64,000 nt of DNA, from assembly GCA_964479955.1 (NCBI GenBank), contig CAYZNK010000002.1:156955-220954 (forward strand), in the 5' to 3' direction. The notes under the pieces are model-generated. The model was not told where the DNA came from. It saw only the letters and a program-made list of their open reading frames with translations, and ran no database searches. Below are positions 7,597-15,849 of the stretch, one piece after another. Position numbers and translations under genes: made by a program. The stretch comes from an uncultured Candidatus Saccharibacteria bacterium (lineage in GTDB: Bacteria; Patescibacteriota; Minisyncoccia; Minisyncoccales; Staskawiczbacteraceae). Each line of letters starts with the position of its first letter. The first letter of the stretch is position 1.

Positions 7597-10536
7597 ATGC
7601 CATCAGAATTAAACAAAGAACAACAGCAGGCAATAAGCCACCTGCAAGGTCCGCTTTTAATTGTGGCGGGAGCCGGCACAGGAAAAACAACTGTTATTAC
7701 CCAAAGAATCGCAAACCTGATTAAAAATAAACTGGCAACACCAGAAGAAATTTTGGCTGTCACATTTACTGAAAAAGCCGCCTCTGAAATGGAAGAAAGG
7801 GTGGACAGGCTGCTGGATTTTGGTTATGTGGACTTATGGATTTCAACTTTTCACGCTTTTTGTGAAAAGATTTTAAGAGATAATGCTTTGGATATTGGGC
7901 TTTCTCCTGATTTTAAGCTGTTAGATCCAACTTCTGGATGGATTTTGGCACGGCAAAATTTGGATAGGTTTGATTTTGACTATTATAAATCGCTTGGAAA
8001 TCCAACAAAATTTATCCAAGCTTTAATATCTCATTTTTCGCACTGCAAAGACCAGGAAATTTACCCTGAAGACTATTTGGAATACGCAGAAAAATTAAAA
8101 ACAAGGGATGACGCGCCAGATTCCCAGGAAACAGAAAGAATAAAAGAAGTGGCAAATGCCTATCATACATATCAACAAATTCTGCTTGAAAATAGTTGTC
8201 TGGATTTTGGGGACTTAATAAATTACTGTTTAAAAATATTTAGGCAGAGGCCGCATATTTTAAAAAAATACCAAGAAAAATTTAAATATATTTTAGTTGA
8301 CGAATTTCAGGATACAAACTGGGCGCAATATGAGTTGATTAAATTGCTGGCAATACCAAAAAATAATTTATGCGTTTGTGCAGATGACGACCAGGCAATT
8401 TACAGGTGGCGAGGAGCATCTTTTTCAAATATTATAATGTTTAAAAAAGATTTTCCTAATGCCAAGCAAATAGCGCTGATAAAAAATTACAGGTCATGCC
8501 AGGATATTTTAGATAAGTCTTATGAATTTATAAAACAAAACAATCCCGACAGGCTGGAATTTCAGGCAAAAATTGACAAGAAATTAATTGCAGAGGGCAG
8601 AGACAGCAAAAACGGAACCATTGAGCACATATCTGCAAAAAGCATAGACTCTGAAGTGAGCGAAGTTGTAAAAAAAATTCTTGAGATTTTAAAATCAGAT
8701 AAAGAAGCAACATATAACGACTTTGCCATTTTATCACGGGCAAACGACTCTGCAATTCCGTTTATAAAGGGGATTGAAAGGGCAGGGCTTCCATATCAAT
8801 TTATGGCTTCCCGCGGACTTTATTCAAAACCGATAATTCTGGATATTATTTCTTATTTTAAGCTTTTAGACAATTACCACGAGGGAACAGCTGTTTACAG
8901 AATTTTAAACTTGCCGTTTTTGGAAATTCCGGAACAGGACATCTCAACAATTGCTTTTTGGAGCAGAAAAAAAACAAAGTCATTATATGAATCTTTGCAA
9001 GAGCTATCGTTAATACCCTCTATTTCTTCAAAAACAAGGGAAAAAACAGCTTTTCTGCTGGCTTTAATACAAAAGCATAGCTTAATGGCAAGGGAGAAGG
9101 GGGTTTGCGAGCTGATGGTTTTGTTTTTGGAAGATTCGGGATATTTAAAACATCTTGTTAAAAATAATGAAACCGAAAAAATCAGTTTGTTAAACCAGTT
9201 TTATAAAAAATTAAAAACTTTTGAAGAATCGAATCTTGAGCCTGTGTTAAAAAATTTTATGGCCCAACTGGATATGGAGCTTGAGTCAGGAGAGGAAGGG
9301 AAGTTGCAATTTGACCCCGACCAAGGGCCTGATATGATAAAAGTTATGACAATTCACGGAGCAAAAGGACTAGAATTCAAATATGTTTTTTTGGTTAGCA
9401 TGGTTGATAAAAGATTTCCGTCAATTGAAAGAAAAGACCCCATAGAACTCCCAGAAGACTTAATAAAAGACATAAAACCACAGGGCGACATTCATTTGCA
9501 GGAAGAGCGCAGACTTTGTTATGTTGCAATGACAAGAGCAAAAAAGGGATTGTATTTTACTTCATCTGAAGATTACGGGGGGCAAAGGTTAAAAAAAATA
9601 TCTCGATTTTTAGTTGAAATGGGGTACGATAGCAAAGACCAAATACCAAAAACCAATGACCAAAAAGCCGAGAGCGAATTATTGCAAGACAAACCGGAAA
9701 AGCCAAAATTTATACAAAAAACAAGACCTCAATACTTGCCCCAGCATTTTTCTTATTCACAGCTGGCGGCTTTCCAAAAATGCCCCCTGCAGTACAAATT
9801 TAATTTTATTTTAAAAATTCCGATAAAAGGAAAAGCTGTTTTCTCTTTTGGAAAAACAATGCATAATACATTATATGAATTTCTTAAACTGCAAAGCCAA
9901 AAGTCATTAGCAAATCAAAAAAGTCTGTTTAGCGAAAAATCTTCAAAAATAACCAGCGAAGGTCCGACCTCTGTAAGATTTGATGAGATAGAAGAGATTT
10001 ACGAAAAAAATTGGATGGACGAATGGTACGAATCAAAAAAACAAAAAGAAGAATATTATAAAAAAGGAAAAGAAATAATAAAAGATTTTTATAAAAAATT
10101 TGCTGATAATCCGCCAAATATTTTAAAAATAAGCGAACAACCGGCGTTAGAACTACCCTTTAATCTAAAAATAGGAGATAACACCTTATTTGGGGTAATT
10201 GACAGAATTGACGACAGCAAAGACGGAATTACTATTATAGACTACAAGACAGGACAGTCAAAAGACAAACTGGATGCAGAAGCAAAAGACCAATTGCTGA
10301 TTTATCAGATAGCGGCGCAGGAAGTTTTACATTTAAGACCGCAAAAGCTTGCTTATTTTTATTTGGAAGACGGAAAGGTTGCCTCTTTTTTAGGTACTGA
10401 AAAGGAAATTTCAGAGCAAAAAGAAAAAATTGTAGGTTTAATCGAAAAAATTAAAAATTCTGAATTTGACCCAACCCCAGGTTGGCAATGCCAGTATTGC
10501 GACTTTAAGGATATCTGCGACTGGGCCCAAAAATAA
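7597..10536 (+). CDS. UvrD/PcrA-type helicase fused to a C-terminal PD-(D/E)XK (Cas4/AddB-like, Fe-S) nuclease
   Basis: AGAGTGKT, DEFQDTN, TIHGAKGLEF and YVAMTRAK helicase motifs. The C-terminus has IDYKTG and the Cys set C...CQYCDFKDIC. Confidence 0.9.
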   Translation: MPSELNKEQQQAISHLQGPLLIVAGAGTGKTTVITQRIANLIKNKLATPEEILAVTFTEKAASEMEERVDRLLDFGYVDLWISTFHAFCEKILRDNALDIGLSPDFKLLDPTSGWILARQNLDRFDFDYYKSLGNPTKFIQALISHFSHCKDQEIYPEDYLEYAEKLKTRDDAPDSQETERIKEVANAYHTYQQILLENSCLDFGDLINYCLKIFRQRPHILKKYQEKFKYILVDEFQDTNWAQYELIKLLAIPKNNLCVCADDDQAIYRWRGASFSNIIMFKKDFPNAKQIALIKNYRSCQDILDKSYEFIKQNNPDRLEFQAKIDKKLIAEGRDSKNGTIEHISAKSIDSEVSEVVKKILEILKSDKEATYNDFAILSRANDSAIPFIKGIERAGLPYQFMASRGLYSKPIILDIISYFKLLDNYHEGTAVYRILNLPFLEIPEQDISTIAFWSRKKTKSLYESLQELSLIPSISSKTREKTAFLLALIQKHSLMAREKGVCELMVLFLEDSGYLKHLVKNNETEKISLLNQFYKKLKTFEESNLEPVLKNFMAQLDMELESGEEGKLQFDPDQGPDMIKVMTIHGAKGLEFKYVFLVSMVDKRFPSIERKDPIELPEDLIKDIKPQGDIHLQEERRLCYVAMTRAKKGLYFTSSEDYGGQRLKKISRFLVEMGYDSKDQIPKTNDQKAESELLQDKPEKPKFIQKTRPQYLPQHFSYSQLAAFQKCPLQYKFNFILKIPIKGKAVFSFGKTMHNTLYEFLKLQSQKSLANQKSLFSEKSSKITSEGPTSVRFDEIEEIYEKNWMDEWYESKKQKEEYYKKGKEIIKDFYKKFADNPPNILKISEQPALELPFNLKIGDNTLFGVIDRIDDSKDGITIIDYKTGQSKDKLDAEAKDQLLIYQIAAQEVLHLRPQKLAYFYLEDGKVASFLGTEKEISEQKEKIVGLIEKIKNSEFDPTPGWQCQYCDFKDICDWAQK

Positions 10537-10546
10537 CAAAAAATCA

Positions 10547-10567
10547 GTGGGGTTCCTAACACCCCAC
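10547..10567 (+). terminator. GC-clamp hairpin (GGGGT...ACCCC family)
   Basis: GTGGGGT-tcctaac-ACCCCAC directly after the helicase stop. No T-run, so terminator function is uncertain. Confidence 0.35.
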
Positions 10568-10576
10568 AATACTTTA

Positions 10577-11581
10577 ATGAATATAGATAAATTGCCAAAA
10601 GTTTTGGAAGCCTTGCCAAAATACAGGATAAAACAGGCAAAGGAAGCAATTTTTAAAAACCTGATTTCTGATTGGAATAAGGCAACTTTTTTGCCCTTAA
10701 GTTTAAGGCAGGAATTAAATGAAAAGTGTCCCCTGGAAATAAAAGCAGAAATGCTTGTCTCAAAGAAAAAGGATTCTGTAAAAGCCAGGATAACCTTGGA
10801 AGACGGACTGCTGGTTGAAGCTGTTTTGATGCGCCACAAAGACGGAAGAAACACTGTCTGCGTTTCTTCGCAAGTTGGATGCCCTTTGGGATGTTCCTTT
10901 TGCGCAACAGGAAAAATGGGTTTTAAGCGCAACTTAATTCCAATGGAAATTGTTGAGCAAGTAGTTCTTTTTGCAAGATATCTTAAAAAGGGAGGCAAAA
11001 AAGTAACTAATGTGACATTTATGGGAATGGGAGAGCCTTTTTTGAATTATGAAAATGTAATGCGGTCTGCAAGAATTATAAACACAAAAGAAAAACTTAA
11101 TATTGGGGCAAGAAATATTTCAATTTCAACAGCCGGCATTATTGAAGGCATAGAAAAATTTGCAAAAGAGGGAACTCAAATGAATCTGGCAATTTCTTTG
11201 CATGCCCCCGACAATGAATTAAGGTCAAAATTAATGCCAATAAACAGAAAATATCATTTAGAAAGATTGCTTGCTGCTGTTGATGCCTATATTAAAAAGA
11301 CAAAAAGGCAGGTGATGTTTGAATATCTTTTGATTAAAAATGTAAACGATACGGAATCTTGCGCAAGAGAGCTTGCAAGAATTATGAAAAAACCGCTTTA
11401 TTACGTTAACTTAATTTTATACAACCCAACTCAAGGAAACAATTTTCTGCCCTCAAGCGCAGAAAGGGTTAAAAAATTCAAGGAAATTTTAAAAAAGAAC
11501 AAGGTTGTTTTTTCTCAAAGATTCAGATTTGGAGAGGATATCAAGGCCGCATGCGGGCAGTTTGCCGGTTCCAAAGATTAA
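10577..11581 (+). CDS. rlmN: 23S rRNA/tRNA m2A methyltransferase RlmN (radical SAM)
   Basis: CPLGCSFCATG radical-SAM motif and GMGEP. Start moved to ATG 10577 (MNIDKLPKVLE...); the upstream part of the track ORF overlaps the helicase and the hairpin. Confidence 0.9.
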   Translation: MNIDKLPKVLEALPKYRIKQAKEAIFKNLISDWNKATFLPLSLRQELNEKCPLEIKAEMLVSKKKDSVKARITLEDGLLVEAVLMRHKDGRNTVCVSSQVGCPLGCSFCATGKMGFKRNLIPMEIVEQVVLFARYLKKGGKKVTNVTFMGMGEPFLNYENVMRSARIINTKEKLNIGARNISISTAGIIEGIEKFAKEGTQMNLAISLHAPDNELRSKLMPINRKYHLERLLAAVDAYIKKTKRQVMFEYLLIKNVNDTESCARELARIMKKPLYYVNLILYNPTQGNNFLPSSAERVKKFKEILKKNKVVFSQRFRFGEDIKAACGQFAGSKD

Positions 11582-11644
11582 TATAAATATTTAATTATTT
11601 TTTCTTGCGGAATTTTATAATAAGCCTTAAAATTAAAAATAGTC

Positions 11645-11667
11645 ATTGGGGTGTCCGACACCCCAAT
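11645..11667 (+). terminator. GC-clamp hairpin (GGGGT...ACCCC family)
   Basis: ATTGGGGTGT-ccg-ACACCCCAAT, same family as 10547-10567. It abuts a motif copy. Confidence 0.35.
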
Positions 11668-11680
11668 ATTGTGCGACAAA
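11668..11680 (+). repeat. ATTGTGCGAC-word copy (forward)
   Basis: ATTGTGCGACAAA, intergenic, 46 nt upstream of ATG 11726. Confidence 0.8.
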
Positions 11681-11725
11681 CATTACCTTTTAATTTTAAA
11701 ATAAAAGATTATTTAAAACATAATT

Positions 11726-12127
11726 ATGGAAATAATAAGTTTTGAAGATTTCAAAAAGGTTGAAATAAGAATAGGAAAAATTTTGTCAGCAGAAAAAGTT
11801 GAAGGCTCAGACAAGCTTTTAAAATTGGAGGTTGACTTTGGACTGCAAGAAACAGAAATCAAAACAATGGAAATGGCAGAAGAAAGGGGGACTGAAACCG
11901 CAAAAAAAGAGCTTATTCCCATAAAACGCCAGATTATCGCCGGAATAGCCCAGTTTTACACGCCAGAAGAGCTTATTGGCAAAGAGTGCCCATTTGCGTA
12001 TAATTTGGCTCCGCGAATACTTAAAGGCCTGGAATCTCAAGGAATGATTTTGTGCCCAAGCGGTAAAAACGGCCCGGTTTTATTGCATCCAGACAAAGAA
12101 GTCAGTCCGGGCAGCGAAGTAAAATAA
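11726..12127 (+). CDS. tRNA-binding domain protein (CsaA/EMAP-type OB fold)
   Basis: DFKKVEIRIGKILSAEKVEGSDKLLKLEVDFG ... IAQFYTPEELIGK ... GMILC. Confidence 0.75.
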   Translation: MEIISFEDFKKVEIRIGKILSAEKVEGSDKLLKLEVDFGLQETEIKTMEMAEERGTETAKKELIPIKRQIIAGIAQFYTPEELIGKECPFAYNLAPRILKGLESQGMILCPSGKNGPVLLHPDKEVSPGSEVK

Positions 12128-12146
12128 ATATTAAAAAAAACAAGAT

Positions 12147-12731
12147 ATGATTCCTGTTTTATTTGTACACGGAATATGGGGAAACGAAAAGCAGTACCAG
12201 CCTATCATAAAATTTTTAAAGAGCAAGGGATTTTCAAAATTCTACGAGTTTAAATATGAGAGCAGAATTGGAATCCATTCAATTAAAATAATCGCCAAGG
12301 AATTAGCCGAATATATTGAGCAAAATGTAAAAGAAGACAATATAAATATTGTTGCAATGAGTCAAGGAGGAATTATTGCCTTGGCTTATTTAAAATATTT
12401 TTTACCGCTCCCAAACGGAAGAACTATTCATATAAATAAATTATTTACTTTATGCAGTCCACATAAAGGAAGTCCGTTAGCTATGATTTTAAATTGGCCC
12501 GGAATAAAAGATTTGAGACCTGGCAGTGAACTATTAAAAGATTTGGAAATATTTGTAAAAGAAGGCAGGGTAAATATATATTCAATTTATACCCCGTTTG
12601 ACTTGATGGTTTTTCCGGGAATTAGAGCAAAACCCATATTTGGGAAAACAAAAATGGTTTTGGCCCCCACCCACATGCTTGCTTTCTATTGGCCATCTAC
12701 AAAAAATTTTATATATAAAAATATATTGTAA
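12147..12731 (+). CDS. alpha/beta hydrolase (lipase/esterase-like)
   Basis: The nucleophile elbow AMSQGG matches GxSxG. N-terminal VHGIWG oxyanion-type motif. Confidence 0.65.
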   Translation: MIPVLFVHGIWGNEKQYQPIIKFLKSKGFSKFYEFKYESRIGIHSIKIIAKELAEYIEQNVKEDNINIVAMSQGGIIALAYLKYFLPLPNGRTIHINKLFTLCSPHKGSPLAMILNWPGIKDLRPGSELLKDLEIFVKEGRVNIYSIYTPFDLMVFPGIRAKPIFGKTKMVLAPTHMLAFYWPSTKNFIYKNIL

Positions 12732-12742
12732 AAACAAGTTAA

Positions 12743-13948
12743 ATGTTATCCCAAGAAACAAACAAAATATATAGCATTTCGGAATTTGTTGCATTTTTAA
12801 ATGTTGGGTTAAAATCCTCAAAAGCTAAAATTGTAGGAGAAATTGGTGAAGCAAAACAAGGACCAACAGGCCATATGTATTTTACCTTGAAAGACGAAAA
12901 GGACGCTTCAATGTTAAACTGCATTATTTGGGCCTCAAAATACAGACTTTATGGCATAACCCTTGAACCTGGCAAAAAAATTGTGGCTTTTGGAAACCCG
13001 GAGATTTATGCGCCTTCAGGCAGGCTTTCTTTTATTGCAGACAGCATTGAACTTGCAGGAGAAGGAGATTTAAAAAAGCAATACGACGAACTAAAAGCCA
13101 AATTGGAAAAAGAAGGAATTTTTTCTCCTGAAAATAAACGATTCATACCCAAATATCCGCACAAAATTGGAGTTATTACTTCAAAACAGGGAGCGGTCAT
13201 ACATGACTTTTTAAACAATATAGGCAAATTTGGATTTGATATCAAAATGATTGATTCAAGGGTTGAGGGTCAGGAGGCTGTGGCGGATTTGCTTTCAGCA
13301 ATAAAAACTTTCAGAAAAAAAGATATTGATGTTTTGGTCATTATAAGGGGTGGGGGCTCAATGGAGTCTTTGATGTGCTTTAACAATGAGCTGCTTGTAA
13401 GGGAAATTGCGGGGTTTCCTTGCCCCGTTATTGCGGGAATAGGCCACGACAAAGACGTTCCGCTGTCCGCGATGGCTTCTGATATAATGGTTTCAACGCC
13501 AACAGCGGCCGCAAACCTGATTAATGAATCATGGAGCCAGGCTCTATTGCTCTTAGAAAGGCTTGAAAGAAAAATTTTGGCAAGCTACGGCATAATTTTT
13601 GAAAAATTTAACTTTATTGAAAATAAATTTAAGGTTTCCTTGCAGAATTTTAAAAACAATATTATAAACCTAAAAAAAGAGTTGGAAAAACATCCGGAAT
13701 CTTTTTTTACGAAGTTTTCTTTATTGTGCGACAAATTCAGGACTTTTTTGGCAAATTCTGAAAAAATAATAAAATTAAACAGCCCGGAAAGAAATTTAAG
13801 GCTTGGCTACATAATCGCTAATATCAATGGTAGAGTGTTAAAAAGTGTAAAGAATATAAAAGTTGGAGATGTTGTAAACTTAAAACTTACAGACGGCCAA
13901 ATAAAGTCTGAAATAAAATCAATAAACGAGAAAAACAATCCCCAATAA
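12743..13948 (+). CDS. xseA: exodeoxyribonuclease VII large subunit
   Basis: N-terminal OB fold (ISEFVAFLN...GEIGEAKQGPTGHMYFTLKD), IGVITSKQGAVIHDF, IIRGGGS. Confidence 0.9.
   Translation: MLSQETNKIYSISEFVAFLNVGLKSSKAKIVGEIGEAKQGPTGHMYFTLKDEKDASMLNCIIWASKYRLYGITLEPGKKIVAFGNPEIYAPSGRLSFIADSIELAGEGDLKKQYDELKAKLEKEGIFSPENKRFIPKYPHKIGVITSKQGAVIHDFLNNIGKFGFDIKMIDSRVEGQEAVADLLSAIKTFRKKDIDVLVIIRGGGSMESLMCFNNELLVREIAGFPCPVIAGIGHDKDVPLSAMASDIMVSTPTAAANLINESWSQALLLLERLERKILASYGIIFEKFNFIENKFKVSLQNFKNNIINLKKELEKHPESFFTKFSLLCDKFRTFLANSEKIIKLNSPERNLRLGYIIANINGRVLKSVKNIKVGDVVNLKLTDGQIKSEIKSINEKNNPQ
13720..13737 (+). repeat. 18-mer TTTATTGTGCGACAAATT (forward) inside xseA
   Basis: Identical to 16120-16137 and 33695-33712. 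Read here as ..SLLCDKF.. Confidence 0.9.
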
Positions 13949-14056
13949 CCAAAATCCAATGACCAAAAAAATTCTAAGTATAAAAATCCTAAAACGTTTT
14001 GGGATTTATACGCCAATCTGCAAAATTAGGATTTATTTGGAATTTGGACTTTGAGC
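13949..14056 (+). repeat. intergenic two-box repeat element, copy A
   Basis: Box1 CCAATGACCAAA (13956-13967) and box2 TTTTGGGATTT (13997-14007), plus further GGATTT/TTGG iterations. Imperfectly self-complementary. Confidence 0.75.
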
Positions 14057-14075
14057 TTTGGGATTTCAACAATTT

Positions 14076-14276
14076 ATGGCAAAAAATAATTTAAACGAAA
14101 ATTTAAAAAAACTGGAGGAAATTTCCCAGTGGTTTGATAATAGCAAAGAAGTTGACGTAGAGCAGGGCTTGGAGAAGGTAAAAGAAGCCGTTGTCTTAAT
14201 AAAAGAAAGCAAAGAAAGACTGCAAAAAATTGAAAATGAATTTGAGGAAATCAAAAAAGAAATAGATGCAGAATAA
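14076..14276 (+). CDS. xseB: exodeoxyribonuclease VII small subunit
   Basis: MAKNNLNENLKKLEEISQWFDN..DVEQGLEKVKEAVVLIKESKERLQKIE. Start moved to ATG 14076, outside the repeat. Confidence 0.8.
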   Translation: MAKNNLNENLKKLEEISQWFDNSKEVDVEQGLEKVKEAVVLIKESKERLQKIENEFEEIKKEIDAE

Positions 14277-14311
14277 TGTAATTAAGACTTGAGGGGGGTG
14301 GAAAAAATGTA

Positions 14312-14416
14312 ATGGTTCAAGGGGCGGCAAACTCCGACGGGTCTATTACCGCCAAAACAATCCAAATAACCTCCGATACAGAAGCCATACAGGATACACA
14401 AAAACTCGGGCAATAA
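14312..14416 (+). CDS. possible small ORF (34 aa)
   Basis: Own reading: MVQGAANSDGSITAKTIQITSDTEAIQDTQKLGQ. A G-rich SD-like GAGGGGGGTGG lies upstream, in a GC-richer patch between xseB and the FKBP gene. Weak evidence. Confidence 0.2.
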   Translation: MVQGAANSDGSITAKTIQITSDTEAIQDTQKLGQ

Positions 14417-14433
14417 TTTTAAAATTTATAACA

Positions 14434-14901
14434 ATGAAAAAAACAGCGCTAATAACAATTATAATAATAGCATTAATTTTAATGGGTTTTGGAGTTTATG
14501 TCTGGTTAAAGCCTGCGCCAACTAAAGAAGAGCCGCAGAATCAAAACCAGGAACTGCCCCAAAGCCAGAATATACAAGGAATGAAAATTGAGACTTTACA
14601 AGAGGGCTCCGGAGTAGAATGCAAAACAGGAGATACTGTTGTTGTAAATTATGTTGGCACCCTTGAGGATGGAACAAAATTTGATTCATCAATTGACAGA
14701 GGAGAAACTTTTTCCTTTACATTGGGAGAAAACAGGGTAATCCAGGGATGGGAACTTGGAGTATTAGGAATGAAAGTGGGGGAAAAAAGAAAATTGACAA
14801 TTCCACCTGAATTGGGATATGGAAATCAGGCTATTGGAAATATCATACCTGCAAATTCAACATTGATATTTGAAGTCGATTTGGTTGAAATAAAAAATTA
14901 A
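14434..14901 (+). CDS. FKBP-type peptidyl-prolyl cis-trans isomerase, membrane-anchored
   Basis: N-terminal TM helix; GDTVVVNYVGTLEDGTKFDSS...VIQGWELGVLGMKVGEKRKLTIPPELGYG. Confidence 0.9.
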   Translation: MKKTALITIIIIALILMGFGVYVWLKPAPTKEEPQNQNQELPQSQNIQGMKIETLQEGSGVECKTGDTVVVNYVGTLEDGTKFDSSIDRGETFSFTLGENRVIQGWELGVLGMKVGEKRKLTIPPELGYGNQAIGNIIPANSTLIFEVDLVEIKN

Positions 14902-14927
14902 AATTTAAACCATAAGACAGATGAAAA

Positions 14928-14956
14928 AACAAGCGCCCTTAAGGATGCTTGTTTTT
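14928..14956 (+). terminator. intrinsic terminator
   Basis: AACAAGC-(12 nt)-GCTTGTT followed by TTT. Confidence 0.7.
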
Positions 14957-15037
14957 GCTTGCCTTTTTTTATTATATGTGATAATATATAAATAATCATT
15001 TGTTCATTAAATCCATCGTTTCAGAGAGGAGCAAGAT

Positions 15038-15325
15038 ATGAGCTCGATACAATCTATTCCACCTGAAGTCCTGCTGAATCAGGCATTTTCACAATTTGAA
15101 TTTGGGAGAAAAGCGTTCTTTTTCTTCCAAGAAATCAGGCGGAGAATCAGAGAAAAACGGAATGCAATAGCAGCTCAAAGGATAGTGGAAAAGCTCAAAC
15201 GCCTCATAGGAGAAGTAAAGGAGAAAGACTCTGACCTCATTGAGGAGAGCAAAGCCTTCCAAGTTGCCGCCAAAAACTATGAGGCAACAAAAAGCAAGAT
15301 ATTGAAGATTTTAGCAAATAACTAA
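15038..15325 (+). CDS. hypothetical small helical protein (95 aa, GC-richer cassette)
   Basis: GAGGAG lies 6 nt upstream of the ATG. The basic/coiled-coil sequence RRRIREKRNAIAAQRIVEKLKRLIGEVKEK is present. Confidence 0.6.
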   Translation: MSSIQSIPPEVLLNQAFSQFEFGRKAFFFFQEIRRRIREKRNAIAAQRIVEKLKRLIGEVKEKDSDLIEESKAFQVAAKNYEATKSKILKILANN

Positions 15326-15337
15326 AATCTTCAGCGT

Positions 15338-15368
15338 AGACCCGCCCGCCCGGGTCTTTTCTTTTTTT
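15338..15368 (+). terminator. intrinsic terminator
   Basis: AGACCCG-cccgc-CGGGTCT followed by TTTTCTTTTTTT. Confidence 0.8.
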
Positions 15369-15385
15369 AAAAAAGTTATCCACAA

Positions 15386-15413
15386 TTGAATATTTTTTTA
15401 TTTTTGATAATAT
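15386..15413 (+). promoter_or_regulatory. sigma70-type promoter (extended -10)
   Basis: TTGAAT (15386-15391), 16-nt spacer, TGaTAATAT (-10 at 15408-15413). Confidence 0.45.
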
Positions 15414-15496
15414 TATAAATAATCAGCATATTATTGTGCTGATAGAATTGCTGTGAGAAGCAGAGTACCCCGCAACGGTCCAAGGAGACCCTAATT

Positions 15497-15547
15497 ATGA
15501 ATGTGTTCAGCCGAATGAACGCCGTCGAGGTCGCGGAGAAGAACTGA
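15497..15547 (+). CDS. micro-ORF (16 aa) with strong SD
   Basis: AAGGAG lies 9 nt upstream of the ATG; MNVFSRMNAVEVAEKN then stop. Own reading, below the ORF-track cutoff. Confidence 0.3.
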   Translation: MNVFSRMNAVEVAEKN

Positions 15548-15558
15548 AGCCGCCGAAG

Positions 15559-15601
15559 CACCGACAGAGGGATTCAATCCCTCTGTCGGTGGGAATTTTT
15601 T
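15559..15601 (+). terminator. intrinsic terminator
   Basis: A 14-bp stem CACCGACAGAGGGA-ttcaa-TCCCTCTGTCGGTG, followed by GGGAATTTTTT. Confidence 0.85.
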
Positions 15602-15674
15602 GGGGTTGTAGCTCACACCGGGAGAGCGTCCGCCAACTGGCGGAAGGCTGCGGGTTCAAATCCTGCCAACTCCA
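15602..15674 (+). tRNA. atypical tRNA-like gene (Ala-type acceptor with G3:U70 and A73; 6-nt anticodon loop)
   Basis: GGGGTTG/CAACTCC acceptor, D-arm GCTC-ACACCGGGA-GAGC, T-arm GCGGG-TTCAAAT-CCTGC. The anticodon stem TCCGC/GCGGA encloses only CAACTG, with no U33, so no anticodon can be assigned. Confidence 0.6.
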
Positions 15675-15788
15675 CTTTGCACATTATCAACTTAATACAT
15701 CCAAAATCAACTTCTTTTCTGAAACTCCAAAAACCCAATAATAAACTAGGCTTAGGCAACCACCCAAGTCTTTTTTATTGGTTTTTAG

Positions 15789-15815
15789 TTAGCACTCTTG
15801 ACAAGGGAGTGATAA
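15789..15815 (+). promoter_or_regulatory. CIRCE operator (HrcA binding site)
   Basis: TTAGCACTC-N9-GAGTGATAA against the consensus TTAGCACTC-N9-GAGTGCTAA. Overlaps the promoter -35. Confidence 0.85.
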
Positions 15816-15826
15816 TTTAATAAGAT
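15798..15826 (+). promoter_or_regulatory. sigma70-type promoter of the hrcA-grpE operon
   Basis: TTGACA (15798-15803, inside the CIRCE spacer), 17-nt spacer, TAAGAT (15821-15826). Confidence 0.6.
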
Positions 15827-15849
15827 GACTTATCAGTAAATTAATCAGA

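Larger units (their letters stand above)
15420..15601 (+). ncRNA. small GC-rich transcript of unknown class (structured leader plus 16-codon ORF plus strong terminator)
   Basis: Local hairpins CAGCA/TGCTG, GGTC/GACC, GTTCA/TGAAC, GCGG/CCGC. Promoter upstream and terminator at 15559-15601. 5' end inferred only. Confidence 0.35.

Noticed and set aside
15420-15601. SRP (4.5S/scRNA) or 6S RNA identity for the small GC-rich transcript
   Set aside because: The string GAGGTCGCGGAGAAGAACTGAAGCCGCCGAAGCAC superficially recalls AGGUCC...GGAAGCAGC of SRP helix 8. However, there is no GNRA-capped short stem or symmetric-loop arrangement, and no long closing helix typical of 6S. The question stays unresolved.
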